The notes beneath the pieces were generated by a model. It saw only the letters and a list, made by a program, of their open reading frames with translations. It had not been told where the DNA came from and searched no databases. The translations under genes and the position numbers were made by a program. DNA of 64,000 nt from Bdellovibrionales bacterium (GTDB lineage Bacteria; Bdellovibrionota; Bdellovibrionia; Bdellovibrionales; UBA1609), in assembly GCA_041690295.1 (NCBI GenBank), contig JAWLHR010000012.1, forward strand, positions 31,931-95,930. The letters are read 5' to 3'. Positions 55,614-64,000 of this stretch are shown here, one piece after another (within the stretch, counting starts at the first letter, position 1; the number at the start of each line of letters is the position of its first letter).

Positions 55614-56178
55614 TGCAGCGGCGAATTTCGCAATATCCTTCAGGAAAAAGCGCCCGAATTTCAGCCTTTCCGATGCCTCTTACGTCAGGATTACGTGGGT
55701 TGTCGTAAGCCAGATCATACCACAAAAATAGACCGCCCGGCTTTAGCTTGCGCCAAAGTATCTTCGCCAATTCAGCGCGAAATTTGAAATCAAGAACCGA
55801 ACTGAAAAGCATCGACTGAAATATGACATCAAAACCGTCCCATGGAATCTCACGCGCATCTCCGTGATGAACATTTTCGCTAGGAAGCAACTCTTTCAGA
55901 CGATCACTGCGATCTTCGAGAAGCTCATTGGCAAAAAGATTCGAGCGGCGAATTCCCGACCGCAGAAATCCTGGCAGATTCGCACCTTCTCCCGCTCCCA
56001 CTTCCAGAAATCGAACCTTCGTCAAATCAGAAAACCGTTTATGCAAAAAATGATCAAAATAGTATTCCCGATCAAGCCTTGAGTAATGTTGGAATAATGA
56101 AAACCGCGGGTAAAGACGATCCAAGCCCTTCTCTTTCCGCCGCTGATAGCGTTCTTTAATTAATTCGACTTCGTTCAT
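55513..56178 (-). CDS. Class I SAM-dependent methyltransferase
   Basis: LEVGAGEG, GDA, LKPGG, NPRNPDVRG. Confidence 0.88.
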   Translation of the reverse strand: MNEVELIKERYQRRKEKGLDRLYPRFSLFQHYSRLDREYYFDHFLHKRFSDLTKVRFLEVGAGEGANLPGFLRSGIRRSNLFANELLEDRSDRLKELLPSENVHHGDAREIPWDGFDVIFQSMLFSSVLDFKFRAELAKILWRKLKPGGLFLWYDLAYDNPRNPDVRGIGKAEIRALFPEGYCEIRRCTIFPPLGRRIGHLYPYLNFPFLRGHLAAAIGRP

Positions 56179-57347
56179 CGACGTCCTCGACTGTTCACCA
56201 AAACAAGAGCCCAAATAAACACAACAAAATGATTCACTTCTCCGTCAAAGAAATTAGCTTCGGTCAGACCCCCAAGATGAACGTAGCCTTGAGCGAGCAA
56301 TAACGGCCAACCCCAAGCTGATTTATCCCTAATCCGCCAAGCGGCACGCATAAAATAAAATGAAATTAAAATATAAATTATTGCCGCGAAAACCCCAGCC
56401 CCCGCGGCCCATTGTAAAATCACATTATGGGCATGAGAGGTGAATTTCTCATCAATCCCAAGACGTTGATAATAGTCCGGCAGAAGACGATCACCTTGAA
56501 AAAGACCAGCTCCGAGAAACGGTTTGTCCATCACAATATGTCCATACGAGCGCCAAAGGTGGGTGCGGACCGCGCTACTGTGGTCCATTTCCAAAGTGGC
56601 CATGCGCCCGACTTTGGTGGCCACAGCAGGATTGAGATTCATTAGACCGTATACAAAAACGGCCACTCCAAGGATATAAGGGATCAGCCAACCGCGATGG
56701 TTAAATAAAAAATAGATTCCACCGCAAATGAATAGTGAAATCCATGCTCCACGCGACATGGCCGAAACCGTAGCGAGGCCTCCCAGCACAAGGATTACAA
56801 CGGCAATTTTCTTACCTATGCCTCTAAATCCCGCCAAAGCGGCCGCGAATGTGGATTGACCGATTACATATGCGAACGTCAATGACATGGAAAAAAAGCC
56901 AGTGGTTTTAAAAAAGCCACCCTCCTGGGGATTCACCACACCTTTGCTCGCCCGGATAAAATCAACACCCGTAAAAAACTGTAAAATGGCATAAAGACTG
57001 GTAAGCGCAAGTACCACGCACCAAATCGTTAACAAATTTTGCTCGAACTTCTTGGACCAGGCTAATCCCAAAGCCCAATATAGCCCGTAGAGAACGAGAA
57101 CAAATCGCATGAATCCAAATTGATCCATCAAAGGCTTGAGTGACGGATTTATAACAAGGCTTAACAGCACAATGAGCGATAGTGCTAAAAACCAGGAGCC
57201 AAGGGGAAACTCAAATCTCTCACGAATCTTAACCTTGTGTACAACAGTTACCGCTAAAGTTAACCATGAAATCACCTCCATCGCTGCAATGGATGTATGG
57301 AGTGCCAAAACGTGTAGTAACAACAAGACCGAAACAAACGCCGTCAT
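56175..57347 (-). CDS. O-antigen ligase / O-oligosaccharyltransferase family (Wzy_C) protein
   Basis: Multiple TM helices; SRGAW, R..LW, GAG, HAHN. Confidence 0.88.
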   Translation of the reverse strand: MTAFVSVLLLLHVLALHTSIAAMEVISWLTLAVTVVHKVKIRERFEFPLGSWFLALSLIVLLSLVINPSLKPLMDQFGFMRFVLVLYGLYWALGLAWSKKFEQNLLTIWCVVLALTSLYAILQFFTGVDFIRASKGVVNPQEGGFFKTTGFFSMSLTFAYVIGQSTFAAALAGFRGIGKKIAVVILVLGGLATVSAMSRGAWISLFICGGIYFLFNHRGWLIPYILGVAVFVYGLMNLNPAVATKVGRMATLEMDHSSAVRTHLWRSYGHIVMDKPFLGAGLFQGDRLLPDYYQRLGIDEKFTSHAHNVILQWAAGAGVFAAIIYILISFYFMRAAWRIRDKSAWGWPLLLAQGYVHLGGLTEANFFDGEVNHFVVFIWALVLVNSRGRR

Positions 57348-57985
57348 AGGGAAAAAAGATCCCCTGGTGGTTTCATGTCCAATATCAAAGGCACATTGAT
57401 CTTGATCCCAACAATGCGTAGGAGTGTCGCGAGTATCATAAACAAATCAGACCATAAGGATCTTTGCTCCGCATATTCTCGATTGATCCGGATCTTTTCC
57501 GGCATAATACGCCCAATGTAAAAGTCTTCAGGTGACGAGGACCGTGCCAAAAGCGCGGACTCATCAAAAAACACGAAGGATGCCGGATCAGTGATTCCCG
57601 GTTTAAGTTCTAATACCTTCCGCTGTTCAGGTGTATATTTTTGAACGAAGTACGGAAGTTCAGGGCGTGGCCCCACGAGTGACATTTCTCCTTTGAACAC
57701 GTTCCATAACTGAGGAAATTCGTCCAACTTCAATTTACGAAGCCAACGACCAATACGTGTGATTCGCTCATCACTCCCAACGGTCAGGAGAGCTCCCTTT
57801 TCTGATCTCATCGTTCGAAACTTCCACATTTTAAAGTCTCGCCCATTCTGACCCACCCGAACCTGGCCGAAAAACACAGGGCCAAAATCATCAATTTTAA
57901 TAAGAAGAGCAATGAAAGCGAAGACCGGCCAAAGGATAAGCAGGCCCAAAAACGCAATCGTCACATCAAACAGCCGTTTGGTCAT
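57344..57985 (-). CDS. Bacterial sugar transferase (monotopic phosphoglycosyl transferase, PglC-like)
   Basis: KRLFD, KFRTM, LDEFPQLWNV, MSLVGPRPE, KPGIT. Confidence 0.95.
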   Translation of the reverse strand: MTKRLFDVTIAFLGLLILWPVFAFIALLIKIDDFGPVFFGQVRVGQNGRDFKMWKFRTMRSEKGALLTVGSDERITRIGRWLRKLKLDEFPQLWNVFKGEMSLVGPRPELPYFVQKYTPEQRKVLELKPGITDPASFVFFDESALLARSSSPEDFYIGRIMPEKIRINREYAEQRSLWSDLFMILATLLRIVGIKINVPLILDMKPPGDLFSL

Positions 57986-59142
57986 CGTGCAAACTTTTTG
58001 CAAATATCGCTGACAGCTTCAATCACATCGTTAGCGTCGTTCACCGTCAGTTTGGAACTCAAAGGTAAACTCAACATGCATTCGAAAACTTGCTGAGCCC
58101 TTGGAAAGCTATTCGGCTTCCACCCATACTTTTTGGCGTAATAAGACATCATGTGGATCGGTGTGTAATGAACGCTGGCGCCAATGTTTCTTTCGGAAAG
58201 TTCGTGGATAAATTGATCACGCCCAATGGTCAGTGCGTCTAAGTTCAAAAAGAGGGGGTACAAGTGATAAGAACTTTGCACACCATTTCTGATTTTCAGT
58301 GTACGTAAGAATTTCGACCCGGCGAACGCTTCGTCATAAGCCCTCACCAATTGGAGCCGGCGCTCATAAAGTTCATTTAATCGCTGAAGCTGAACGAGCC
58401 CCAGGGCCGCCGCCATATCAGGAAGATTGTATTTGAATCCCGGCTCTTCCACGTCGTACTTCCATTGGCCACCCTTTTCGAAACGATTCCACGCGGATCG
58501 GGTCATTCCATGTAGAGCTAATACTCGAGCCTTATCCAAAAGATCTTTCGGCCCGGTCATCATGCCGCCTTCACCGCTTGTGATATTTTTTGTCGCGTAA
58601 AAGGAAAACAGGGTTAAATTTCCGCTGGAGCCGATCCACCGATCACCGATTTTCGAGGGCATGCAATGGGCCGCATCCTCGACCACTTTAATCTTTCGGT
58701 TTGATGCCAGGTCATTGATCTCAGGCATTTCACAGGGCTGCCCCGCATAATGCACCGGAAGAATGACTTTTGTTTTCGAAGTCATCGTTTTTTCGATTTC
58801 TTTTGGATCGATCAACAATGTTTCAGGATCTATATCGGCCAACCGAGTCGTGGCTCCCACGTGTTCGATCACATTCGCCGTGGCACAAAAGGTCATCGGC
58901 GTCGTGATCACCTCATCGCCCGGTCCCACGCCATGAACCTTTAAGGCGATATGAAGGCCCGCCGTACAGGAATTGAGCGCCAACGCTTCTTCAGCGCCTA
59001 CGGTTTTCTTAAATTTATCTTCAAATTCTTTGGCCTTGGGCCCCGAAGAAAGCCACTCCCCCTTTTTTAAAACATCGACAACGGCCTCGATTTCAGCTTC
59101 ACTCAAACAGGGCGGAGAAAAGGGCAAGTAGCTTGAACGCAT
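57982..59142 (-). CDS. DegT/DnrJ/EryC1/StrS sugar aminotransferase
   Basis: NSCTAGLH, EDAAH, SFYATKNITSGEGG, GFKYNL. Confidence 0.95.
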   Translation of the reverse strand: MRSSYLPFSPPCLSEAEIEAVVDVLKKGEWLSSGPKAKEFEDKFKKTVGAEEALALNSCTAGLHIALKVHGVGPGDEVITTPMTFCATANVIEHVGATTRLADIDPETLLIDPKEIEKTMTSKTKVILPVHYAGQPCEMPEINDLASNRKIKVVEDAAHCMPSKIGDRWIGSSGNLTLFSFYATKNITSGEGGMMTGPKDLLDKARVLALHGMTRSAWNRFEKGGQWKYDVEEPGFKYNLPDMAAALGLVQLQRLNELYERRLQLVRAYDEAFAGSKFLRTLKIRNGVQSSYHLYPLFLNLDALTIGRDQFIHELSERNIGASVHYTPIHMMSYYAKKYGWKPNSFPRAQQVFECMLSLPLSSKLTVNDANDVIEAVSDICKKFAR

Positions 59143-59232
59143 ATAACCTTAAAAACTCCCATATCCAGCCCAGCGAGTCAAAGGGACAAAAGGGTTGCGT
59201 TGAAAAACACCGGATTTCATATTTAACAGCTT

Positions 59233-60177
59233 ATGAAAGTCATTGAGCATATCGAAGCCGCTAAGGCGCCGGCCTTTTCGGCGGAAATTATTCCGCCCCC
59301 CAGAGGGCGGAGTATCCGTGATCTCATCGAGGTTGTTGAATGCCTGATCCCCATTCGTCCGCGCTGGATCGATGTGACCTCGCATTCGTCTTCCTCTCAT
59401 CTTCATGAAAATCGCGACGGAACTTTACGCCGAAAGATTTATAAGAAACGTCCAGGAACCATCGGCATTTGTGGGGTTATTCAGAATCGCTTTAAAATCG
59501 ATACGGTAGCCCATATCCTGTGTTTGGGCTTTACGCGCGAAGAGACTGAAGACGCATTGATTGAACTCAATTTTCTCGGCGTCGAAAACGTGCTGGCCTT
59601 ACGCGGGGACGAGCCTGACCACGACAAGGCGGTTATGAAACATCAGTCCACGAACAAGTTCGCCATCGACCTTGTTCGGCAACTCCAAGACCTTAAGAAA
59701 GGCATCTTTCTTGAAGACTTAAGCCAAGCCACTCCGCTCGACTTTTGCGTCGGTGTGGCCGGATATCCGGAAAAGCATTTTGAAGCGGCCAATAAAAAAG
59801 TCGACCTGATGCACTTAAAAAACAAGGTTGATGCCGGAGCCGAATACATCATTACCCAAATGTTCTTTGATAACTCACACTTCTACAATTTCGTTAACGA
59901 ATGTCGGGAAATTGGTATTACGGTTCCAATTATCCCAGGACTCAAAATCCTGAGAAGTGTGAATCAATTGCGAAGTATTCCTAAAACGTTCCATGTGGAC
60001 TTACCCGATCCCTTGGTGGATGAAATCCTGGCCAGTCCCGAGCATGCAGCAGAGATCGGCAAACGCTGGTGTCAGCGGCAAGTGGAAGATCTCCTTAATA
60101 ACGGTCATCACAACATACACTTTTATGTCATGCAGGACGCCACCATGGTGTCCGACATCGTAAAGGCGGTGGAATAA
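59233..60177 (+). CDS. metF: Methylenetetrahydrofolate reductase
   Basis: IDVT, LALRGD, AGYPEKH, KVDAGA..ITQMFFD, PIIPG; directly upstream of metH. Confidence 0.93.
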   Translation: MKVIEHIEAAKAPAFSAEIIPPPRGRSIRDLIEVVECLIPIRPRWIDVTSHSSSSHLHENRDGTLRRKIYKKRPGTIGICGVIQNRFKIDTVAHILCLGFTREETEDALIELNFLGVENVLALRGDEPDHDKAVMKHQSTNKFAIDLVRQLQDLKKGIFLEDLSQATPLDFCVGVAGYPEKHFEAANKKVDLMHLKNKVDAGAEYIITQMFFDNSHFYNFVNECREIGITVPIIPGLKILRSVNQLRSIPKTFHVDLPDPLVDEILASPEHAAEIGKRWCQRQVEDLLNNGHHNIHFYVMQDATMVSDIVKAVE

Positions 60178-60178
60178 A

Positions 60179-63100
60179 GTGTTGAATGCTCACACCCTGA
60201 CGGAACTCGAAGACCGGCTGCAACGTGAAATTCTCATTCTCGATGGTGCCATGGGCACTCTTTTTCAAAGCAAAAAGTTCGGCGAGGATGATTTTCGGGG
60301 TGAGCGTTTCAAGAATCACGCGCAACTTCTCAAAGGCAATTTCGATTTACTGAATCTCACGCAGCCCGAAGCCGTGGCGGAAGTCCATCTCGCCTATCTT
60401 GAGGCAGGCGCCGACATCATTGAAACCAATAGCTTCAGCGCCAACCGGATTTCCCAAAGTGAATTTGGTCTGTCCGATGTGGCAGCGGAAATTGCTCGTG
60501 AATCCGCACGAATCGCCCGCAAAACAGCCGACGAATTCACCGCGCGCACCGGTCGAAAAATTTATGTGGCGGGGTCCATCGGTCCCACGAATCGCACGGC
60601 CTCACTCTCACCGGATGTAAACCGGCCGGGATTTCGCAATATCACCTTTGATGAGCTTCATGCCGCCTACTTTGAGCAAGCCTCCGCGCTGGTGGAAGGC
60701 GGTGCCGATATCCTTTTGCCCGAAACCACGTTTGATACTTTAAATTTAAAAGCCGCGCTTTTTGCCATTCAGGACTTAGAGGAAAAACTTGGGTTTAAAA
60801 TTCCTGTTATCGCGAGCCTTACGGTCTCCGATAAATCCGGTCGCGTGCTGTCGGGTCAAACACTGGAAGCCGCCTATGTTTCCATTCGCCATGCGAAACC
60901 CTTGGCCGTGGGTCTTAACTGCGCCCTTGGCGGACGGGACATGATGGGTTTGATCGCCGATCTCTCCCGCTATGCGGAATGCCACTTGAGCTGTTACCCA
61001 AATGCTGGATTGCCCAATCCTCTTGCGCCGACTGGATATGACGAAACTCCGGAATCCTTCGCCGAAGTGCTTTCGGAAATGGCGGCCATGGGACAGATCA
61101 ACATTGCGGGCGGTTGTTGTGGCACCACACCAGATCACATCCGTGTGATGGCCGAAAAGGTCCGGCGATACGCTCCTCGTAAAATCCCGGCGCCTGTCGA
61201 TAAGCTTTGGCTCTCAGGATTGGAGCCCATTCGCATGGGCTCTAAAGGATCGGCCGCCTTTTGGATGGTGGGTGAGCGCACCAATGTGACTGGATCTCCG
61301 CGCTTTTCCAAAGCGGTTAAGGCCGACCAGTGGGATCAGGCCTTGGAAATCGCGCGCCAGCAAGTTTCGGCCGGCGCCAACATGATCGATGTCAATTTTG
61401 ATGAAGCTCTGCTCGATGGTGAAAAAACCATGCAGCACTTTTTGAATCTGGTTGCGTCGGAACCGGATATCAGCCGCGTTCCGATCATGATCGACAGCTC
61501 ACGCTGGGAGATTCTTGAAAAGGGCCTTAGGTGCGTGCAGGGAAAATGTGTCGTCAATTCGATTTCACTGAAAGACGGCGAAGAGCTGTTTTTGAAGCGC
61601 GCGCGTACGATTCGTAAACATGGTGCGGCCGTGGTGGTCATGGCTTTCGATGAAACGGGACAGGCCACGACCTTGGAAGATCGGCTCCGAATTTGCGAAC
61701 GTGCCTATCGACTTCTGACTGAAAAAGCGAAGTTCGCACCCGAAGACATCATTTTTGACCCCAACGTGTTGGCCGTCGCCACCGGAATGAGCGAGCACAA
61801 TGATTATGCCCGAGGCTTTATTGAAGCCGTTGGCGAGATTAAAAAACGTTGGCCCCGAGTCAGTGTTTCCGGCGGAATTTCCAACCTTTCATTCAGCTTT
61901 CGCGGACAAAACCATGTGCGTGAAGCCATGCACACCGTTTTTCTCTATCATGCCATTAAAAACGGTCTGGACATGGCCATCGTCAACGCCGGGATGATTC
62001 AGGTTTACGAAAAGCTTGACCCGGATCTGAGGAATCTTTGTGAGCGGGTGATTCTAAATAAAGACCCTGAAGCCACGGAAGAACTGATCGCGTACTCACT
62101 GGCTCACAAAAAAGATAAATCCTCAGGTTCGGGACAGACCGAGGATCTTTCTTGGCGTAAAGGTCCAGTTGCGGAACGGCTTTCTTATTCGTTGGTGAAC
62201 GGCATTGATAAGTTCGTCGAGGAAGACACGCTCGAAGCCCTCGAACTATTTAAGTCGCCGATCAAAGTGATTGAAGGTCCGTTGATGGACGGAATGAAAA
62301 TCGTCGGTGATCTCTTTGGTGACGGAAAAATGTTCCTCCCCCAGGTGGTAAAAAGCGCCCGGGTAATGAAAAAGGCCGTGGCGGTTTTAGAGCCCCACAT
62401 GCTCAAAAACAACTCGCAAGCGCCGACTAAAGGGAAATTTCTGCTCGCGACCGTCAAAGGTGATGTTCATGACATCGGCAAAAACATCGTGGGTGTGGTG
62501 CTGACCTGTAACGGCTATGAAGTGATCGATCTTGGCGTCATGGTACCCGCCGAAAAGATTTTAGAGACGGCGATCAAAGAAAAAGTCCAATTCGTTGGCT
62601 TAAGCGGTTTGATCACTCCCTCTCTTGAAGAAATGGCGTACGTTGCAAAACAGTTTGATAAAGCCAATTGCGAAATCCCGATTCTGATTGGCGGCGCCAC
62701 GACATCGCAACTTCACACGGCGGTGAAGATCGCTCCCCAATACCGAGGGCCCATTACTCATGTTAAAGATGCCTCGCTGGTGATCCAGGTTTGCGCGAGC
62801 CTTACGGGCTTCGATAAGGACAATTACGTATCGGGCCTACGCGAGCTTCAACGTAAAATGACCGAGAGCTTTGAAAAGAAGGCGGGCGCGAAAAATCTCA
62901 TTCCATTGACTGAAGCCAGAGCAAGGGCTTTGAAAACTGATTGGCAGCAAATGCCCAAAGTGACGCCGTCTCGAGCGGGCGTATTTGATCTTTCGATCTC
63001 ATTGGAAAAACTTTGCAAGTACATCGACTGGTCACCATTTTTCTGGGCATGGCAGATCAAGGGCAAGTACCCCGCGATCTTTGAACACCCCAAATATGGC

Positions 63101-63841
63101 ACGGAAGCGCGAAAGGTCTTTAATGATGCGCAAATGCTCTTAAGGCGCCTTATCGAAGAGCGGTGGACGACCCCTAGAATCCGCATGGGCCTGTTCCGAG
63201 CGGGATCAATCAACGAATCCGTTCGCGTGTTTATGGAAAATGGCGAGTCACACGATGTTCATTTCACGCGCCAACAATCACCGGACGTCAGTCAGAACCT
63301 TTGTCTCTCGGACTACATCGCTCCCCTGGATCGGGGGTTTGAAGATTACCTGGGTGTGTTCGCCGTGACTTCAGGTGATGGGTTACAAGCTAAAGCCCGG
63401 GAGTTTGAGTTAGCGCACGACGATTACAGCGCGATCATTGTCAAAGCGCTTGGTGATCGGCTGGCCGAAGCATTGGCGGAGTTCGCCCATCTGGAATACC
63501 GAAAAATCTGCGGCATCCAAGAGTCCTGGTCGCTGGAAGAACTCCTCGATGAAAAATACCAAGGCATCCGGCCCGCGCCCGGATACCCCGCCTGCCCGGA
63601 TCACGCTTTAAAAGCCGACATTTGGAAACTCCTCGGTGGAGCCGACAAGATCGGCGCCCGTTTGACGGAGTCATTCGCCATGGATCCGCCGGGAACGGTT
63701 TCTGGATTCATCTTCCTGCATCCGGAATCCAAATATTTCCGCTGTGGCGCGATCGGAGAAGACCAACTGAAGCAACTCGCCCAACTGCGCTCCACTCCAC
63801 CCGAAACCGTGAAACAATACCTGGCTTTCATGGATTTGTAG
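60179..63841 (+). CDS. metH: Cobalamin-dependent methionine synthase
   Basis: [36 protein letters not shown]; all four domains present. Confidence 0.98.
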   Translation: MLNAHTLTELEDRLQREILILDGAMGTLFQSKKFGEDDFRGERFKNHAQLLKGNFDLLNLTQPEAVAEVHLAYLEAGADIIETNSFSANRISQSEFGLSDVAAEIARESARIARKTADEFTARTGRKIYVAGSIGPTNRTASLSPDVNRPGFRNITFDELHAAYFEQASALVEGGADILLPETTFDTLNLKAALFAIQDLEEKLGFKIPVIASLTVSDKSGRVLSGQTLEAAYVSIRHAKPLAVGLNCALGGRDMMGLIADLSRYAECHLSCYPNAGLPNPLAPTGYDETPESFAEVLSEMAAMGQINIAGGCCGTTPDHIRVMAEKVRRYAPRKIPAPVDKLWLSGLEPIRMGSKGSAAFWMVGERTNVTGSPRFSKAVKADQWDQALEIARQQVSAGANMIDVNFDEALLDGEKTMQHFLNLVASEPDISRVPIMIDSSRWEILEKGLRCVQGKCVVNSISLKDGEELFLKRARTIRKHGAAVVVMAFDETGQATTLEDRLRICERAYRLLTEKAKFAPEDIIFDPNVLAVATGMSEHNDYARGFIEAVGEIKKRWPRVSVSGGISNLSFSFRGQNHVREAMHTVFLYHAIKNGLDMAIVNAGMIQVYEKLDPDLRNLCERVILNKDPEATEELIAYSLAHKKDKSSGSGQTEDLSWRKGPVAERLSYSLVNGIDKFVEEDTLEALELFKSPIKVIEGPLMDGMKIVGDLFGDGKMFLPQVVKSARVMKKAVAVLEPHMLKNNSQAPTKGKFLLATVKGDVHDIGKNIVGVVLTCNGYEVIDLGVMVPAEKILETAIKEKVQFVGLSGLITPSLEEMAYVAKQFDKANCEIPILIGGATTSQLHTAVKIAPQYRGPITHVKDASLVIQVCASLTGFDKDNYVSGLRELQRKMTESFEKKAGAKNLIPLTEARARALKTDWQQMPKVTPSRAGVFDLSISLEKLCKYIDWSPFFWAWQIKGKYPAIFEHPKYGTEARKVFNDAQMLLRRLIEERWTTPRIRMGLFRAGSINESVRVFMENGESHDVHFTRQQSPDVSQNLCLSDYIAPLDRGFEDYLGVFAVTSGDGLQAKAREFELAHDDYSAIIVKALGDRLAEALAEFAHLEYRKICGIQESWSLEELLDEKYQGIRPAPGYPACPDHALKADIWKLLGGADKIGARLTESFAMDPPGTVSGFIFLHPESKYFRCGAIGEDQLKQLAQLRSTPPETVKQYLAFMDL

Positions 63842-63848
63842 CTGACAT

Positions 63849-64000
63849 ATGCTTACTGCAAAGCAGGTCATCGAAATTTTAGGACTAACTCCCCTGCCTG
63901 AAGAGGGCGGATTCTATAAAGAGACTTATCGGTCAAATCTCAAGTTGGAGCCCATTGACCGCGTGGCTTCCACCGCGATCTACTACATGGTCACACCTGA
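63849..64000 (+). CDS. Cupin superfamily protein (DUF985/Cupin_5-like), truncated by the window edge
   Basis: Manual translation MLTAKQVIEILGLTPLPEEGGFYKETYRS…STAIYYM. Confidence 0.8.
   Translation, partial: MLTAKQVIEILGLTPLPEEGGFYKETYRSNLKLEPIDRVASTAIYYMVTP

Noticed and set aside
45328..59142. Complete lincosamide antibiotic biosynthetic cluster
   Set aside because: No amino-acid activation/condensation, thiol-transfer or ribosome-protection genes; the linked genes are envelope glycosyltransferases.
59143..59232. Possible SAM or cobalamin riboswitch upstream of metF-metH
   Set aside because: Only 90 bp shared by divergent promoters; no riboswitch consensus recognised.
1..64000. Mobile elements, prophage, tRNA/rRNA genes, CRISPR arrays
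   Set aside because: No transposase, integrase or phage ORFs, and the intergenic gaps are short with no such structures recognised by eye.

Overview
Gene-dense bacterial chromosome segment, probably from a Bdellovibrionota organism (inferred from the 'FQNC' lipoprotein leaders, TPR-HTH regulator and many orphan secreted proteins; not confirmed by a search). Recognisable housekeeping genes include msrA, a TetR-TolC-RND operon, trhO, hppA, rimK, udk, prfC, psd, scpAB, metF and metH. No rRNA, tRNA, CRISPR array or transposase was seen. Two things stand out. (1) A ~15 kb glycan island (44.6-59.1 kb) whose enzyme families match nearly one-for-one the lincomycin/celesticetin GDP-octose pathway: transaldolase, SIS isomerase, GHMP kinase, HAD phosphatase, nucleotidyltransferase, epimerase, a Cys-less UDP-glucose-dehydrogenase homologue and a Gfo/Idh/MocA enzyme. 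Here they are linked to a polyprenyl-phosphate glycosyltransferase and a membrane GT-C-like protein instead of antibiotic assembly genes. (2) Two paralogous lipoproteins ending in an FrpC-type self-processing-module-like domain, with Ser-Pro in place of the scissile Asp-Pro, in a locus marked by a recurrent GTCTCA-N3-TGAGAC palindrome. All family calls come from motifs recognised by eye; no database searches were run.
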